Part shown: in pieces, positions 38,199-49,449 of the stretch
Layout of the letters: every line of letters starts with the position of its first letter
How positions within the stretch are numbered: position 1 is the first letter of the stretch
Position numbers and translations under genes: made by a program
The notes under the pieces: generated by a model
The model's input: the letters and a program-made list of their open reading frames with translations, nothing else
What the model was told of the DNA's origin: nothing
Database searches by the model: none
Assembly (NCBI GenBank): GCA_964445355.1
Contig: CAYUKQ010000001.1
Location: 12,277-76,276, forward strand
DNA: 64,000 nucleotides
Reading direction: 5' to 3'
Source of the DNA: an uncultured Gammaproteobacteria bacterium
GTDB taxonomy: Bacteria; Patescibacteriota; Microgenomatia; CAYQLK01

Positions 38199-38937
38199 TT
38201 TTTCAATCAGAGTATATGGGATTATTTTTGCTCTTAGTGTTTTAGTTGCATACTACACAATCCAGAAACTTTTTAAGCTTTCACAGCCGGGATTTAAAAA
38301 TATTGATAGTTTACTATTCACCGTTTTATTAACTGGTTTGTTAGGTGCGCGTCTTTATCACGTCGTTGATATTTGGCAATACTATTCTGTAAATCCTTTG
38401 GAGATCATTGCAATTTGGAATGGGGGAATTGGTATTTATGGCGGTCTAATAGGAGGATTTATTGGATTGTTTGTCTACACAAAAGTAAAAAAACTTCCGG
38501 TTTTGTCGATATTAGACATATTGACTCCCGGCGTAGCGCTCGCACAGTCTATTGGTCGATGGGGAAACTACTTTAATCAGGAGGCCTACGGATATCCGAC
38601 AAATGTTTTTTGGGCGATAAAAATCGACCCGGTCAACAGGTTGCCGGGGTTTGAGAAATATCAGTATTTCCACCCCACTTTTCTGTATGAATCCCTTTTA
38701 TTAATGCTGGCCTTTTTACTGTTGGTTTTTATTTTTAAAAAATTTTACCAATCAACTGGATTGGTTTTTGCTTCGTATCTAATTTTGTACGGTATTACTC
38801 GTTCAATAACAGAGCAATTCAGAATTGATACCTGGCAACATGATGGAGTCAAGATCGCTCAAGTGATTTCTTTGTCCTTTATCCTGGTTGGCTCATTTCT
38901 GCTTTGGCATTTCAAAAGACTCTCTATGAGTCGTTGA
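38179..38937 (+). CDS. lgt: Prolipoprotein diacylglyceryl transferase
   Basis: GARLYHV, GGIGIYGG, GRWGNYFNQE, HPTFLYES. Confidence 0.95.
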   Translation: MQLEIGNFSIRVYGIIFALSVLVAYYTIQKLFKLSQPGFKNIDSLLFTVLLTGLLGARLYHVVDIWQYYSVNPLEIIAIWNGGIGIYGGLIGGFIGLFVYTKVKKLPVLSILDILTPGVALAQSIGRWGNYFNQEAYGYPTNVFWAIKIDPVNRLPGFEKYQYFHPTFLYESLLLMLAFLLLVFIFKKFYQSTGLVFASYLILYGITRSITEQFRIDTWQHDGVKIAQVISLSFILVGSFLLWHFKRLSMSR

Positions 38938-38979
38938 CAAAATTTGGCACTCCAGTTATTATAAGTGCTAATTAATAAC

Positions 38980-41403
38980 ATGGCTGAAGTAACTCTTACA
39001 CAGACAAAAATTAAAATTCCGGACGAGCTGGTTGTATTACCGTTAAGGAAAGACGTCGTCTTTCCTAACTCAATAATTCCATTACTGCAATTCTCACGTC
39101 CAAAAATTAAAAAAGCAATTGATGAAGCCACGACAACTTCAGGATTGGCTATCTTTGTTGCGCAAAAAAGTGAATCTGTAGAAAATCCCGGTCCTAATGA
39201 TATTTATCAAGTTGGAACTGTTTGTGCGATCCGTCGTATTTGGAAATCCGACAATGAGTATCATACTGCCGTTGAAGGCTTGAGTAGGGTTTATCTAAAG
39301 GAGTTTATTCAAGTCGATCCTTACATGAAAGTAAGAGTTGAAGAAATACCACAATTTGCTGAAAGCGCCGAAGATGTTGACGCATTAGTGCGCAATATTC
39401 AAAACAAAATTAGAACCTATGCTGAGCTTGGTGGCCCGATTTCGATCGAAGCATCAATCTCTGCTTTTTCTAGTGAAGATCCTAATCAAATAGTTAACAT
39501 TATAACGGCCAATCTTGCTGACCTAAAAACAGGAGAGAAACAGCAAATTTTGGAAATGGTCGATATTCGTAAGCGTCTCGAAAGACTTTCAGAAATTTTA
39601 CAAAAAGAGATCAGGATTCTTGAGATCAACCAAAAAATCGATTCTGAAACTCAGGAGAGGGTTGGTAAGGTCACCAAAGAGGCGATTTTGCGAGAAAAAA
39701 TGCGTTCGATTGAAAAAGAGCTGGGAGAAGACGAAGACCAGCGTGAAATTGATGAGCTTGAGTCGCAAATAAAAAACGCGCAGATGCCTAAAGATGTTGA
39801 AAAAAAGGCCAAAAAAGAATTGGCCAGACTGGCAAAAATGTCCTCGTATAATCCAGAGTCAGCTTATATCAGAACCTATCTTGAGACTCTGATTGAAATG
39901 CCTTGGAAACCCAAAAAAACTAAGCAAATTGATATCAAAGAATCTGAACGTATACTAGAAGCTGATCACTATGGATTACCCAAAGCCAAAGAGCGCATCT
40001 TGGAGTATCTAGCAGTTAACAAATTAGTCGGGAGGATAAAAGGCCCAATACTTTGTTTTTATGGACCTCCGGGGGTTGGTAAAACCTCGATCGGTAAATC
40101 GATCGCCAAATCTCTGGGTAGAGAATTCGTTCGAATTTCATTGGGCGGTGTACACGATGAGGCTGAAATTCGAGGGCATCGAAGAACGTATGTTGGTGCA
40201 ATGCCTGGCCGGATTATCCAGGGCATTAAAAACAGCGGAAGCACAAATCCAATTTTTATGCTCGATGAGATCGACAAAATCACCTCAAATTACAGAGGGG
40301 ACCCCTCTGCAGCATTATTAGAAGCACTTGATCCGGAACAAAACAACAGTTTTTCGGATCATTATCTCGAGGTTCCATACGATCTTTCCGACGTGATGTT
40401 TATAGCGACCGCCAATCAACTAAACACAATACCGGATGCATTATTAGACAGAATGGAAGTCATTGATTTCCCTGGTTATACCGACGAGGAAAAATTCAAC
40501 ATCGCCAAAAACTTCTTACTTCCTAAACAATTAAAAAACCACGGTCTTGACTCTGGAAAAATCAAATTTGAGGACGACTCGATCAAAGAAATCATTGCAA
40601 AATATACCCGTGAAGCCGGCGTTCGCAATCTTGAAAGAGAAATTGGTACCGTATGTCGAAAGATCGCAAAATCTGTTGCAATCGGTGAGACAAAATCACT
40701 CAAAGTAACTACTAATAATTTGGAAAAATTTTTAGGGATCCCCAAATACAAACACACTCTCGCCGAAAGTCACGACGATATCGGAATTTCAACCGGATTG
40801 TCTGTTACTAACGTTGGTGGGGAGATACTATTCATTGAAGTATCAATCATTCCCGGCAAAGGTCAGCTAATTTTGACCGGACAGCTGGGCGACGTGATGA
40901 AAGAATCGGCACACGCCGCGATGTCTTATATTCGCTCTCGATGGAAAACTCTGGGGCTCAAAAAGAATTTTAATCAAGAAATTGATGTTCATATTCATGT
41001 TCCTGAGGGTGCTATGCCCAAAGAGGGGCCATCTGCAGGTACTGCGATTGCCACAGCTTTAATTTCTGCACTTACAAAAAGAAAAAGCATAAGCTCTGTG
41101 GGTATGACCGGAGAAATAACCCTCAGAGGTAGGGTTCTGCCGGTTGGCGGTGTTAAAGAAAAAGTACTAGCGGCTCATCGAGCTGGCCTCAAGACCGTAG
41201 TCTTGCCTGTGGACAACAAAAAAGATGTTGAGGAAATTGCGGTCAATGTTAAAAAGGACCTAACTTTTGTATTTGTAAAACATTTGGATGAAGTTCTTAA
41301 AGTTGCATTCTCACCTCGTCGTGGCGGTGGATCTGGCAGACAAACGAATAAAAAAATTAGCAAAAAATCTTTAGTCTCCGATACACCCAATTTAACTATT
41401 TGA
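38980..41403 (+). CDS. lon: Lon protease
   Basis: GPPGVGKTS, RRTYVGAMPG, PKEGPSAG, GGVKEK. Confidence 0.97.
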   Translation: MAEVTLTQTKIKIPDELVVLPLRKDVVFPNSIIPLLQFSRPKIKKAIDEATTTSGLAIFVAQKSESVENPGPNDIYQVGTVCAIRRIWKSDNEYHTAVEGLSRVYLKEFIQVDPYMKVRVEEIPQFAESAEDVDALVRNIQNKIRTYAELGGPISIEASISAFSSEDPNQIVNIITANLADLKTGEKQQILEMVDIRKRLERLSEILQKEIRILEINQKIDSETQERVGKVTKEAILREKMRSIEKELGEDEDQREIDELESQIKNAQMPKDVEKKAKKELARLAKMSSYNPESAYIRTYLETLIEMPWKPKKTKQIDIKESERILEADHYGLPKAKERILEYLAVNKLVGRIKGPILCFYGPPGVGKTSIGKSIAKSLGREFVRISLGGVHDEAEIRGHRRTYVGAMPGRIIQGIKNSGSTNPIFMLDEIDKITSNYRGDPSAALLEALDPEQNNSFSDHYLEVPYDLSDVMFIATANQLNTIPDALLDRMEVIDFPGYTDEEKFNIAKNFLLPKQLKNHGLDSGKIKFEDDSIKEIIAKYTREAGVRNLEREIGTVCRKIAKSVAIGETKSLKVTTNNLEKFLGIPKYKHTLAESHDDIGISTGLSVTNVGGEILFIEVSIIPGKGQLILTGQLGDVMKESAHAAMSYIRSRWKTLGLKKNFNQEIDVHIHVPEGAMPKEGPSAGTAIATALISALTKRKSISSVGMTGEITLRGRVLPVGGVKEKVLAAHRAGLKTVVLPVDNKKDVEEIAVNVKKDLTFVFVKHLDEVLKVAFSPRRGGGSGRQTNKKISKKSLVSDTPNLTI

Positions 41404-41529
41404 TCTATCTAAGTTAGTATTGCTCCGACTTATAAGCTCTAAGAAGTTTACTTACTCAAATACATTCGCACTAAAATTGGTATCATCTTAATTAATAAGC
41501 CAACCTCTAAATACACATATACAAACACT

Positions 41530-43719
41530 ATGTCAGAGAGTAGTTTTCGGACTAATCAAATTCCAAACATGACCATGCTGGAGCTTCGTGTTCCACGAGA
41601 TTCAGAAGTTTCTTGGGAAGCTACTGTACAAATGTTGACGAATCTTAAAGGAAACTTTGGTTTTGATAAATACGCAAAACTCTTTCGCCGCCACATCCCG
41701 TCAATGTCGCTCGAAATCGCAACAATTAATCAATCAATTAAGTTTTTTGTTATCGTTCCTACCAACTTGCGATCTTTTTTCGAAAGTCAGCTAATTTCTC
41801 AATACCCTTTAGCGGTTGCGGTTGAAGCAGAGAATTATTTAACAGATTGGTTTTCTCAAGGCTACATCATGTCCGGCGAGTTGGTTTTGGGTAAGCCGGC
41901 ATATTTTCCCATCCGCACAATGAAAGATTTTGATGCATCAGTTGATCCGCTTTCCTCGGTACTTGGTGTAATGTCCAAAACACTACCTGAGGAGAAAATT
42001 CTGATCCAAATTAACTTATCTGGAGCAAGCGGTAGCTGGTCAAGTACCGCCAAGGCAATATTAAATCCGCCAAAAGTTGAGGGGCAGACCCCATCAAAAG
42101 TCACAGGGGCAAATTTTATCGAGGAAAAAATCTCACTTCCGGGATTCAATACAGGCATACGGATAGTTGTCGGCGCGCCAACTGAATCGCAGGCAAAAGG
42201 ACTTTTGGACTCCGTTGCCGGATCATTCGGAAGTTATGCAAATGGCGAAGGCAATTCTCTCCGACTTTCCAAACCCAGCAATAGAAAAAAGAAAAAATTT
42301 ATTCAAGCGATCTATGACCGTAGTGCTGATCAAATACCATCAGCACAAGTTCTGAGTACCAAAGAAGTGGCCTCTCTCTGGCATCTGCCGTCAAAAAGTC
42401 TCACTACGATCCAAAATTTATCATGGGGAACATCTGTACTTTCTGAATCACCGGAAAATCTTCCGACCGCCGAAAATATCGAGCGGGATACTATTAATTA
42501 CTTCGCTAGAACCGAACACAAAAACCAGATCAAAACATTTGGGATCAAGCATAATGACAGACGAAGACACTTCTATGTTGTCGGAAAATCCGGTACTGGT
42601 AAATCTACCTTAATTGCAAATATGGCAATTAACGATATTCGCAATCGTCAGGGGCTTGCGATCGTTGATCCGCACGGCGACCTTTGCGACATTCTTCTTG
42701 ATTACATCCCTTCATATCGCGTCAACGATGTAATCTATTTTGACCCTTCCGATCAATCTCGAACTTTTGTTATTAATCCACTTGAAGTAAAAAATGAAGC
42801 TCAAAAAGAACTGGTTGCTTCAGGTATTGTCGGAATATTTAAAAAACTCTTTGCTTTTTCCTGGGGACCCAGATTGGAGCATATCCTTCGTAACACGATT
42901 CTAACTTTAGTCAATGTACCTGACTCATCTTTTATGGATGTTCCGCGAATACTCACTGACAGGGAATTTCGTGCCGAAAAACTCAAATATATAGATGATC
43001 CTGTCTTGCTTCGTTTTTGGAGAGATGAAATTGACAATGTCCAGCCAAGACAATTGGAAGAGGCCGTCGCGCCGATTTTGAACAAAGTTGGACAGTTCTT
43101 ATCAAGCAAGACCATTAGAAATGTCGTTGGTAGGCCCAAGTCGACGATCGATATTGAAGAAGTTATGAATTCTGGAAAAATTCTTTTACTCAATTTGTCT
43201 CAGGGTTATCTTGGTGAAGACTCTGCGGCACTACTTGGTGCGATGATTATCACAAAATTTCAAATTGCAGCCATGAACAGAGTTTCGCTTAAAGAAGCTG
43301 ACAGAAAAGATTTTTTCCTTTACGTTGATGAGTTCCAGAACTTTGCAACTGAATCTTTTGCCAAAATTCTTTCAGAGGCGAGAAAATATCGTCTGTGTTT
43401 GATCATGGCCAACCAGTTCATGTCGCAAGTGCCGGAAGATATTCGCAATGCAATTTTGGGTAATGTTGGATCGCTGGTTACTTTTTTGGTCTCTGCTCAA
43501 GATGCACCCATACTTTCCAGGGAGTTCTCCGATATTTATAAAGAACCAGAGTTCACTTCGCTAGCTAATTTTCAAATCTTACTAAGACTACTTATTGATG
43601 GGCACGCATCTAGACCATTTTTTGCAAACACTCTTCCGTTACCGCGGTCAAAAACTGAGCGAAGAGAAAAAGTGCTTGAACAATCAAGAGCAAAATACAC
43701 CAGAGAAATTACGGTCTAG
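41530..43719 (+). CDS. VirD4/VirB4/HerA-like P-loop ATPase
   Basis: GKSGTGKS, DPHGD, YVDEFQNF, EARKY, ANQ. Confidence 0.88.
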   Translation: MSESSFRTNQIPNMTMLELRVPRDSEVSWEATVQMLTNLKGNFGFDKYAKLFRRHIPSMSLEIATINQSIKFFVIVPTNLRSFFESQLISQYPLAVAVEAENYLTDWFSQGYIMSGELVLGKPAYFPIRTMKDFDASVDPLSSVLGVMSKTLPEEKILIQINLSGASGSWSSTAKAILNPPKVEGQTPSKVTGANFIEEKISLPGFNTGIRIVVGAPTESQAKGLLDSVAGSFGSYANGEGNSLRLSKPSNRKKKKFIQAIYDRSADQIPSAQVLSTKEVASLWHLPSKSLTTIQNLSWGTSVLSESPENLPTAENIERDTINYFARTEHKNQIKTFGIKHNDRRRHFYVVGKSGTGKSTLIANMAINDIRNRQGLAIVDPHGDLCDILLDYIPSYRVNDVIYFDPSDQSRTFVINPLEVKNEAQKELVASGIVGIFKKLFAFSWGPRLEHILRNTILTLVNVPDSSFMDVPRILTDREFRAEKLKYIDDPVLLRFWRDEIDNVQPRQLEEAVAPILNKVGQFLSSKTIRNVVGRPKSTIDIEEVMNSGKILLLNLSQGYLGEDSAALLGAMIITKFQIAAMNRVSLKEADRKDFFLYVDEFQNFATESFAKILSEARKYRLCLIMANQFMSQVPEDIRNAILGNVGSLVTFLVSAQDAPILSREFSDIYKEPEFTSLANFQILLRLLIDGHASRPFFANTLPLPRSKTERREKVLEQSRAKYTREITV

Positions 43720-43831
43720 ATCACTCAATAATAAATCCTATCAGAATAGTCTAATTGACAGTCATTCCAATATTGTTTATATTTGACGTAGCGACTTAAC
43801 CCTCGCGGTCACTTCTATAAACTTAAAAAAT

Positions 43832-45853
43832 ATGGAATTTTTAAAAGAACTTATCAATAATTTTTCCTTGCCCATTGCTATTTTTACCGGACTTGCAGCA
43901 CTTGCATACGGACTTTATTTAATTCGTTGGATTCTTGCTCTTCCTACCGGAAGTGAAAAAATGAACGAGATCGCAAAAGCAATTCAGATCGGTGCTAACG
44001 CTTTTATGACTAGGCAGTACACAATAATCGGAGTACTTGCTGTTGTTATTTCAATTGCAATTGGTGTACTGCTTGATATCGAAACCTCAATCGGTTTCTT
44101 GGTTGGTGCTATCGCTTCTGCAGCAGCCGGTTTTATTGGCATGTCGATTAGTGTCCGTGCAAACGTAAGAACCGCTCAAGCCGCCAGAACATCTCTAGGT
44201 AAGGCTCTGGACGTATCTTTTAAGGGGGGATCGGTTACTGGATTAATGGTTGTTGGTCTTGCAATGATATCTGTTGCTGGCTTTTATTTGGCCGTCCAGG
44301 ACGTTAAGCCGCTTGTCGGGTTAGCTTTTGGTGGAAGTCTGATCTCAGTATTTGCCAGACTTGGAGGCGGAATATTTACCAAAGGAGCAGATGTTGGCGC
44401 AGACTTAGTTGGCAAGGTCGAAGCAGGAATTCCAGAAGATGATCCGAGAAATCCGGCTGTTATCGCAGATAACGTTGGTGATAATGTAGGCGACGATGCT
44501 GGAATGGCGGCTGATCTATTTGAAACTTACGTTGTAACCGCGGTTGCGGCTATGTTCCTTGGCCATCTAACCTTTACTTCAGATACTAATGCAATTGTAT
44601 TTCCGCTCCTATTAGGCGGTGTTTCAATAATTGGTTCAATCATTGGGACACTCTTCGTCAAACTACCTAAAAACAAAAGTATCATGGGGGCTTTGTACAT
44701 GGGATTATTCAGCTCAGCAATAATTTCAGCGATTCTCTTTTATCCTGTTACTTTGTTGGCGATGGACTCAAACGGACTATTTTCTTCGCTGAATTTGTAC
44801 CTTGCTGCACTGATCGGAATTGTAGTTACCATTGGAATGGTCATCATTACCGAATTCTACACTTCAACGAAATATTCACCAGTTAAAGGTGTTGCACTTG
44901 CTTCTACTACTGGTCACGGAACCAACGTTATTGCCGGTCTTGCGTTAGGCATGAAGTCAACATTTGCTCCAATACTATTAATCGCATTAGCTATTTTTGC
45001 CAGCTTTTATCTTGCTGGATTGTATGGAATTGCAATCGCTGCAATTGCCATGCTTTCTATGAGCGGAATTGTGGTTGCAATCGATGCTTACGGTCCGATC
45101 ACTGACAATGCTGGAGGCATTGCCGAGATGTCTGCACTACCAGAAAAAGTCCGTAAAGTCACCGATGCTCTTGATGCGGTGGGTAACACGACCAAAGCGG
45201 TCACAAAAGGTTACGCGATCGCTTCGGCCGGATTGGCGTCACTTGTTCTTTTTGCTAGCTATTCACTTGAATTTGTCTCATTGGGTGTGAATGTTCAATT
45301 CTTGTTATCTGATCCAAACGTCGTGATCGGATTGTTTATTGGCGCAGCTCTGCCGTTCATTTTTTCTGCTTTTGCTATGGAGGCCGTTGGTAAGGCTGGT
45401 GGCGCAGTGGTTGTGGAAGTTCGCAGGCAATTCGCGGAAATAAAAGGCATCATGCAAGGCACAGCCAAACCTGATTACGCTAAGTGTGTGGACATAGTCA
45501 CAAAAACTGCATTAAAGGAAATGATATTTCCTGCTTTAATTCCAGTTGTAGTGCCGATCGTAATTGGAATGGTATTAGGTGTTGAAGCACTTGGTGGAGT
45601 ATTGATTGGTTCAATAATTTCAGGCTTATTCCTAGCCCTTTCTATGACTTCTGGTGGTGCAGCATGGGATAATGCTAAAAAATACATTGAAGCAGGTAAC
45701 CACGGAGGAAAAGGATCTGATGCCCACAAGGCAGCAGTTACTGGAGATACGGTTGGCGATCCTTACAAGGATACGGCTGGTCCAGCGATCAATCCAATGA
45801 TTAAAATTGTCAACATCGTTGCAATTCTAATCATTCCATTTCTTCCACTCTAA
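43832..45853 (+). CDS. hppA: Membrane ion-translocating pyrophosphatase, K+-independent type
   Basis: [26 protein letters not shown] (Lys determinant), [10 protein letters not shown]. Confidence 0.95.
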   Translation: MEFLKELINNFSLPIAIFTGLAALAYGLYLIRWILALPTGSEKMNEIAKAIQIGANAFMTRQYTIIGVLAVVISIAIGVLLDIETSIGFLVGAIASAAAGFIGMSISVRANVRTAQAARTSLGKALDVSFKGGSVTGLMVVGLAMISVAGFYLAVQDVKPLVGLAFGGSLISVFARLGGGIFTKGADVGADLVGKVEAGIPEDDPRNPAVIADNVGDNVGDDAGMAADLFETYVVTAVAAMFLGHLTFTSDTNAIVFPLLLGGVSIIGSIIGTLFVKLPKNKSIMGALYMGLFSSAIISAILFYPVTLLAMDSNGLFSSLNLYLAALIGIVVTIGMVIITEFYTSTKYSPVKGVALASTTGHGTNVIAGLALGMKSTFAPILLIALAIFASFYLAGLYGIAIAAIAMLSMSGIVVAIDAYGPITDNAGGIAEMSALPEKVRKVTDALDAVGNTTKAVTKGYAIASAGLASLVLFASYSLEFVSLGVNVQFLLSDPNVVIGLFIGAALPFIFSAFAMEAVGKAGGAVVVEVRRQFAEIKGIMQGTAKPDYAKCVDIVTKTALKEMIFPALIPVVVPIVIGMVLGVEALGGVLIGSIISGLFLALSMTSGGAAWDNAKKYIEAGNHGGKGSDAHKAAVTGDTVGDPYKDTAGPAINPMIKIVNIVAILIIPFLPL

Positions 45854-45920
45854 AACCTGCTGATCCGCTAAAGACACTACTGTAAAGCCCAAGAGAAAAA
45901 TATTTTCTCACTACTTTAGA

Positions 45921-45946
45921 AATCACTAATATTAATATTAGTGATT
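45921..45946. repeat. Perfect 26-bp palindrome between convergent genes
   Basis: AATCACTAATATTAATATTAGTGATT equals its own reverse complement. Confidence 0.85.
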
Positions 45947-45981
45947 AAACCAATCTATAAATTGGGTGTGGGGTGAATAAT

Positions 45982-46527
45982 TCAGTCTAAATTTTTAACT
46001 TCGTTAATTAATTCGACGTTCGATTTAAGTGCGTTAGAACTCGACATTTCCATCCCCCGATTATAAAAAGTTGCTAAGATCTTCTGTTGTGTTGTCAGAT
46101 TATTCTCTAAGTCGATAACAGGTACAGGCATATCACCTCTCGTTTTTAATTTGTTGATCGAATCCTTGATCGCCTCTAAGCTACTAATATAAGCCAATAT
46201 ATTGTTTGAAGCCGATTCTATTTTATTTTGTTCAACTAGCAAATAAGCTTCCTTAAGTCGCTTATTCGATATAACTAGCTTCCATTTAATCTTCTCAAGC
46301 TGGTTTGGCTTGAGCGCTTCTTCAAAATCTTCCTTAATTAATATTAACGGATATAGTACTGAATCCGGAAGATGTGATACAGGTGCGAACGAATCGACGA
46401 TCATTTTAACCTCGTCCGTGTTGATATCCAAATTCACCTCATAAATCGAACCCTCCATTGCGTTAGTCTGAACTGATGATAATGCAAGAAACAAAAAGGT
46501 CAAAAAAAGTTTGATAATGTTGTTCAT
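45982..46527 (-). CDS. DUF5667-like secreted helical protein
   Basis: LPDSVLYPL...KRLKEA pattern; signal peptide. Confidence 0.7.
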   Translation of the reverse strand: MNNIIKLFLTFLFLALSSVQTNAMEGSIYEVNLDINTDEVKMIVDSFAPVSHLPDSVLYPLILIKEDFEEALKPNQLEKIKWKLVISNKRLKEAYLLVEQNKIESASNNILAYISSLEAIKDSINKLKTRGDMPVPVIDLENNLTTQQKILATFYNRGMEMSSSNALKSNVELINEVKNLD

Positions 46528-46599
46528 TTGGGGAAATTCAATATCCCTCGATTATACCAAAAAAATACAAACCCATTTCGCATACCCCTAACTAAATAG

Positions 46600-46674
46600 T
46601 ACCGCCTAGGGGATTCGAACCCCTGATCTCTCGGATGAGAACCGAGTGTCCTAGACCAACTAGACCAAGGCGGC
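46600..46674 (-). tRNA. tRNA-Glu (anticodon CTC)
   Basis: Reverse complement GCCGCCTTGGTCTAGTTGGTCTAGGACACTCGGTTCTCATCCGAGAGATCAGGGGTTCGAATCCCCTAGGCGGTA folds as a cloverleaf. Confidence 0.95.
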
Positions 46675-46745
46675 TAAGTGATTCATCTGTCGAGGTCGAA
46701 TTATATACAATTTCTTATCGATAACCAATACGTCTTCGAAGCTGA

Positions 46746-46774
46746 TTGACAAATTTTATTTTTTAAACTATGAT
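46746..46774 (+). promoter_or_regulatory. greA promoter
   Basis: TTGACA-17bp-TATGAT. Confidence 0.75.
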
Positions 46775-46842
46775 TCAAAGCCTAATATAAGTTTTGCCAC
46801 AGCTAAGATTAATTAATCATACAGCTAGTGGTTTTTTTTATT

Positions 46843-47316
46843 ATGACAAAAGCAAAAGAAATCCTATTGACCAAAGATTTTCTCGAGAATCTTCAAAAAG
46901 AACACGCCAAACTTGTTGGTCCTGAGCGAAATCGGGTAACTGCAAGAATACAAGCCGCTAGAGAAATGGGGGATCTATCAGAAAATTCAGAATACGACGC
47001 CGCACAAGATGAGCTGTCAGCGCTTGAGGCAAAAATTACAGAGATCGAAGAAACTCTAAAACACGCCAAAGCTTTGCCTGAGCATCTGGGTGATGATCAT
47101 AAGGTGCGTGTCGGGTCAATAGTGACCGTCAAGGTAGGAAACAGTCAGCAGATTTTTAATATTGTTGCCAGTCCCCAGGCTGATCCGATGAACAATCTTT
47201 TATCTGAAGATTCCCCTGTCGGAAAATCCTTAATGGGTGCAAAAGTTGGGGACGAAGTCACTCCGCCGATACCCTCCAAGCCTGTCTACAAAATTATTTC
47301 AATTGAGTCAAAATAA
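46843..47316 (+). CDS. greA: Transcription elongation factor GreA
   Basis: GDLSENSEY, SPVGKSL; ATG at 46843. Confidence 0.95.
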   Translation: MTKAKEILLTKDFLENLQKEHAKLVGPERNRVTARIQAAREMGDLSENSEYDAAQDELSALEAKITEIEETLKHAKALPEHLGDDHKVRVGSIVTVKVGNSQQIFNIVASPQADPMNNLLSEDSPVGKSLMGAKVGDEVTPPIPSKPVYKIISIESK

Positions 47317-47396
47317 ATTTGACCGCAAGTATCTCTTGATTGGTCAAGACTCATAGAATATACTCACTGCAAATAAAGACAGTTAGTATTTAATAT

Positions 47397-48860
47397 ATGG
47401 CAAGTCCACTAGCAGAATTACGAAAAATTAGATTAGAAAAATTAAATACCCTTCAATCAAAAGGTATTGACACGTTCCCTTCGTCAACAGATCGCACTCA
47501 CACTACCAAGGAAGCACTTGAATCCCTTGATAAGGATGTTGTTGTAGCAGGCAGATTATCATCTTTAAGATCACATGGAAAAATCGTTTTTGGTGACATT
47601 ACAGATCAGTCAGGACAAATTCAAATTCTCTTTAAGTCAGATTCACTTTCAAAGGACTTATTTGATCAAGTTTCGTTACTAGATATAGGTGATTTCATTG
47701 AAGCAGAAGGAATAGTGTTTGTTACAAAGGCGGGCCAAACTACTGTGGATGTAAAAAAATATAAGCTTTTAGCAAAATCACTTCTCCCAATACCCGGCGA
47801 ATACTATGGACTCAGTGATATTGAAACAAGACTCAGGAAAAGATATTTAGATATTCTGACCAATCAAGCAGTTAAAGAAATTTTTATTAAAAAAAACAAG
47901 TTTTGGTATGCAATTAGAGAATATTTAGTCAAAAATGATTTTTTAGAATTAGAAATGCCAATCTTGGAAAACGTTCCCGGTGGTGCAGAGGCAGAGCCGT
48001 TTATTACTCACCATAATGCACTTGATCGCGATTTCTATCTCAGAATCTCTCTTGAATTACCCCTAAAAAAAATGTTAGTCGCAGGTTATGAAAGAGTATT
48101 CGAAATAGGTAGAATTTTTCGAAATGAAGGAATTGATTCCGAACACCTCCAGGATTACACTCAAATGGAATTTTATTGGGCATACGCAGACTTTGATACT
48201 CTGATGGATTTTGTTACCAAAATGTATCAAGAGATTATAGAAAAGACGTTTGGAACCCTTCAATTTGAACGGAATGGTCAGATCGTTGACTGGTCCGGTG
48301 AATGGAAAAAACTTGATTACCTGGATTTATTTTTACAGCATACCGATCTCGACCTAAATACCGTTAGTGACGAACAATTATTTGATTATGCAAAACAAAA
48401 CAAAATTGTTTACGAAAAATCAGCTGGTCGAGGCAGAATAATTGATTTGATTTTTAAGAAAAAAATTCGACCCTTACCTGAAGTTTCGCTCCAGCCGGCG
48501 TTTTTAGTTAATCCGCCAATCGAAATAGAGCCGTTAGCTAAAAAAAATCCTGACAATCCCAAGACAGTTCAACGAATGCAGATAATTGCTTTTGGATCAG
48601 AATTAGGTAAAGGATTCGGAGAATTAAATGACCCGATTGATCAAAGGGGGAGATTCGAGAGCCAGATGCGCTTGAGAGAAAACGGCGACAAGGAGGCGCA
48701 AATGATCGATGAGGATTACATTGAGGCAATGGAATATGGGATGCCGCCCTCAGCCGGATTTGGCGTTTCCGAAAGGCTGTTTTCTGTGCTTATGGGGCTG
48801 CCTATCCGGGAAACTGTTATTTTTCCATTAATGAAAGATCAGAAGAATGAAACAGACTAG
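47397..48860 (+). CDS. lysS: Lysyl-tRNA synthetase class II
   Basis: GGAEAEPF, YLRISLEL, FRNEG, YGMPPSAG. Confidence 0.96.
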   Translation: MASPLAELRKIRLEKLNTLQSKGIDTFPSSTDRTHTTKEALESLDKDVVVAGRLSSLRSHGKIVFGDITDQSGQIQILFKSDSLSKDLFDQVSLLDIGDFIEAEGIVFVTKAGQTTVDVKKYKLLAKSLLPIPGEYYGLSDIETRLRKRYLDILTNQAVKEIFIKKNKFWYAIREYLVKNDFLELEMPILENVPGGAEAEPFITHHNALDRDFYLRISLELPLKKMLVAGYERVFEIGRIFRNEGIDSEHLQDYTQMEFYWAYADFDTLMDFVTKMYQEIIEKTFGTLQFERNGQIVDWSGEWKKLDYLDLFLQHTDLDLNTVSDEQLFDYAKQNKIVYEKSAGRGRIIDLIFKKKIRPLPEVSLQPAFLVNPPIEIEPLAKKNPDNPKTVQRMQIIAFGSELGKGFGELNDPIDQRGRFESQMRLRENGDKEAQMIDEDYIEAMEYGMPPSAGFGVSERLFSVLMGLPIRETVIFPLMKDQKNETD

Positions 48861-49449
48861 TCTGATTGAGATAATCAAATTTTTTCTTAGGGTTCAATGG
48901 ACCAAAGAGTTGCCAAGGCAGGGGTTTGTAACTTTAGGTTTTAAAAGAAACGAAGCAGACTCGGTTGCTGCTCATTCATTTGCTACTGCTATTCTAGCTT
49001 ATGAACTCGCCATAATTCATAATTCTGAAGGAAAAAAACCCAAAGTGGATGAAAATAAAGTACTTAAAATGGCCTTGTTTCACGATCTGGCCGAAACCAT
49101 CGTTGGAGACGTTGGTTCATTCGTAAAATATCTAGACAAGGGGAAATTTCGAGATATCGAGGACAAGGGAATGGAGATTTTAGTCGAGAACCTAATTAAT
49201 AAAAATGAGATTTTAGAACTTTACAAAGAGTATTCTGAAAGAAAAACACTTGAAGCTAGGTTTGCAAAAGCCGCTGATCACATTGATGCGATAGCCCAGA
49301 TCCAAGGTGTTCCAGCGGCCAAACATGAGTTGGAAAAAAAGACCCATGATATATTAAAAATTACCAAGTTTGACTGGCACAAAAAAGCAATAGAAATTAT
49401 TGCCTCAGGTAAAATAAAAAATATTGGTGAAATAAAAGACACTAGATGA
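48847..49449 (+). CDS. HD-domain phosphohydrolase (YfbR/HDDC2-like)
   Basis: SVAAHS, FHDLAE, AAD. Confidence 0.85.
   Translation: MKQTSLIEIIKFFLRVQWTKELPRQGFVTLGFKRNEADSVAAHSFATAILAYELAIIHNSEGKKPKVDENKVLKMALFHDLAETIVGDVGSFVKYLDKGKFRDIEDKGMEILVENLINKNEILELYKEYSERKTLEARFAKAADHIDAIAQIQGVPAAKHELEKKTHDILKITKFDWHKKAIEIIASGKIKNIGEIKDTR

Noticed and set aside
41530-43719. VirD4/VirB4-like ATPase as evidence of a conjugative element
   Set aside because: No relaxase, integrase or other T4SS genes nearby; flanked by housekeeping genes; such ATPases are common chromosomal genes in CPR
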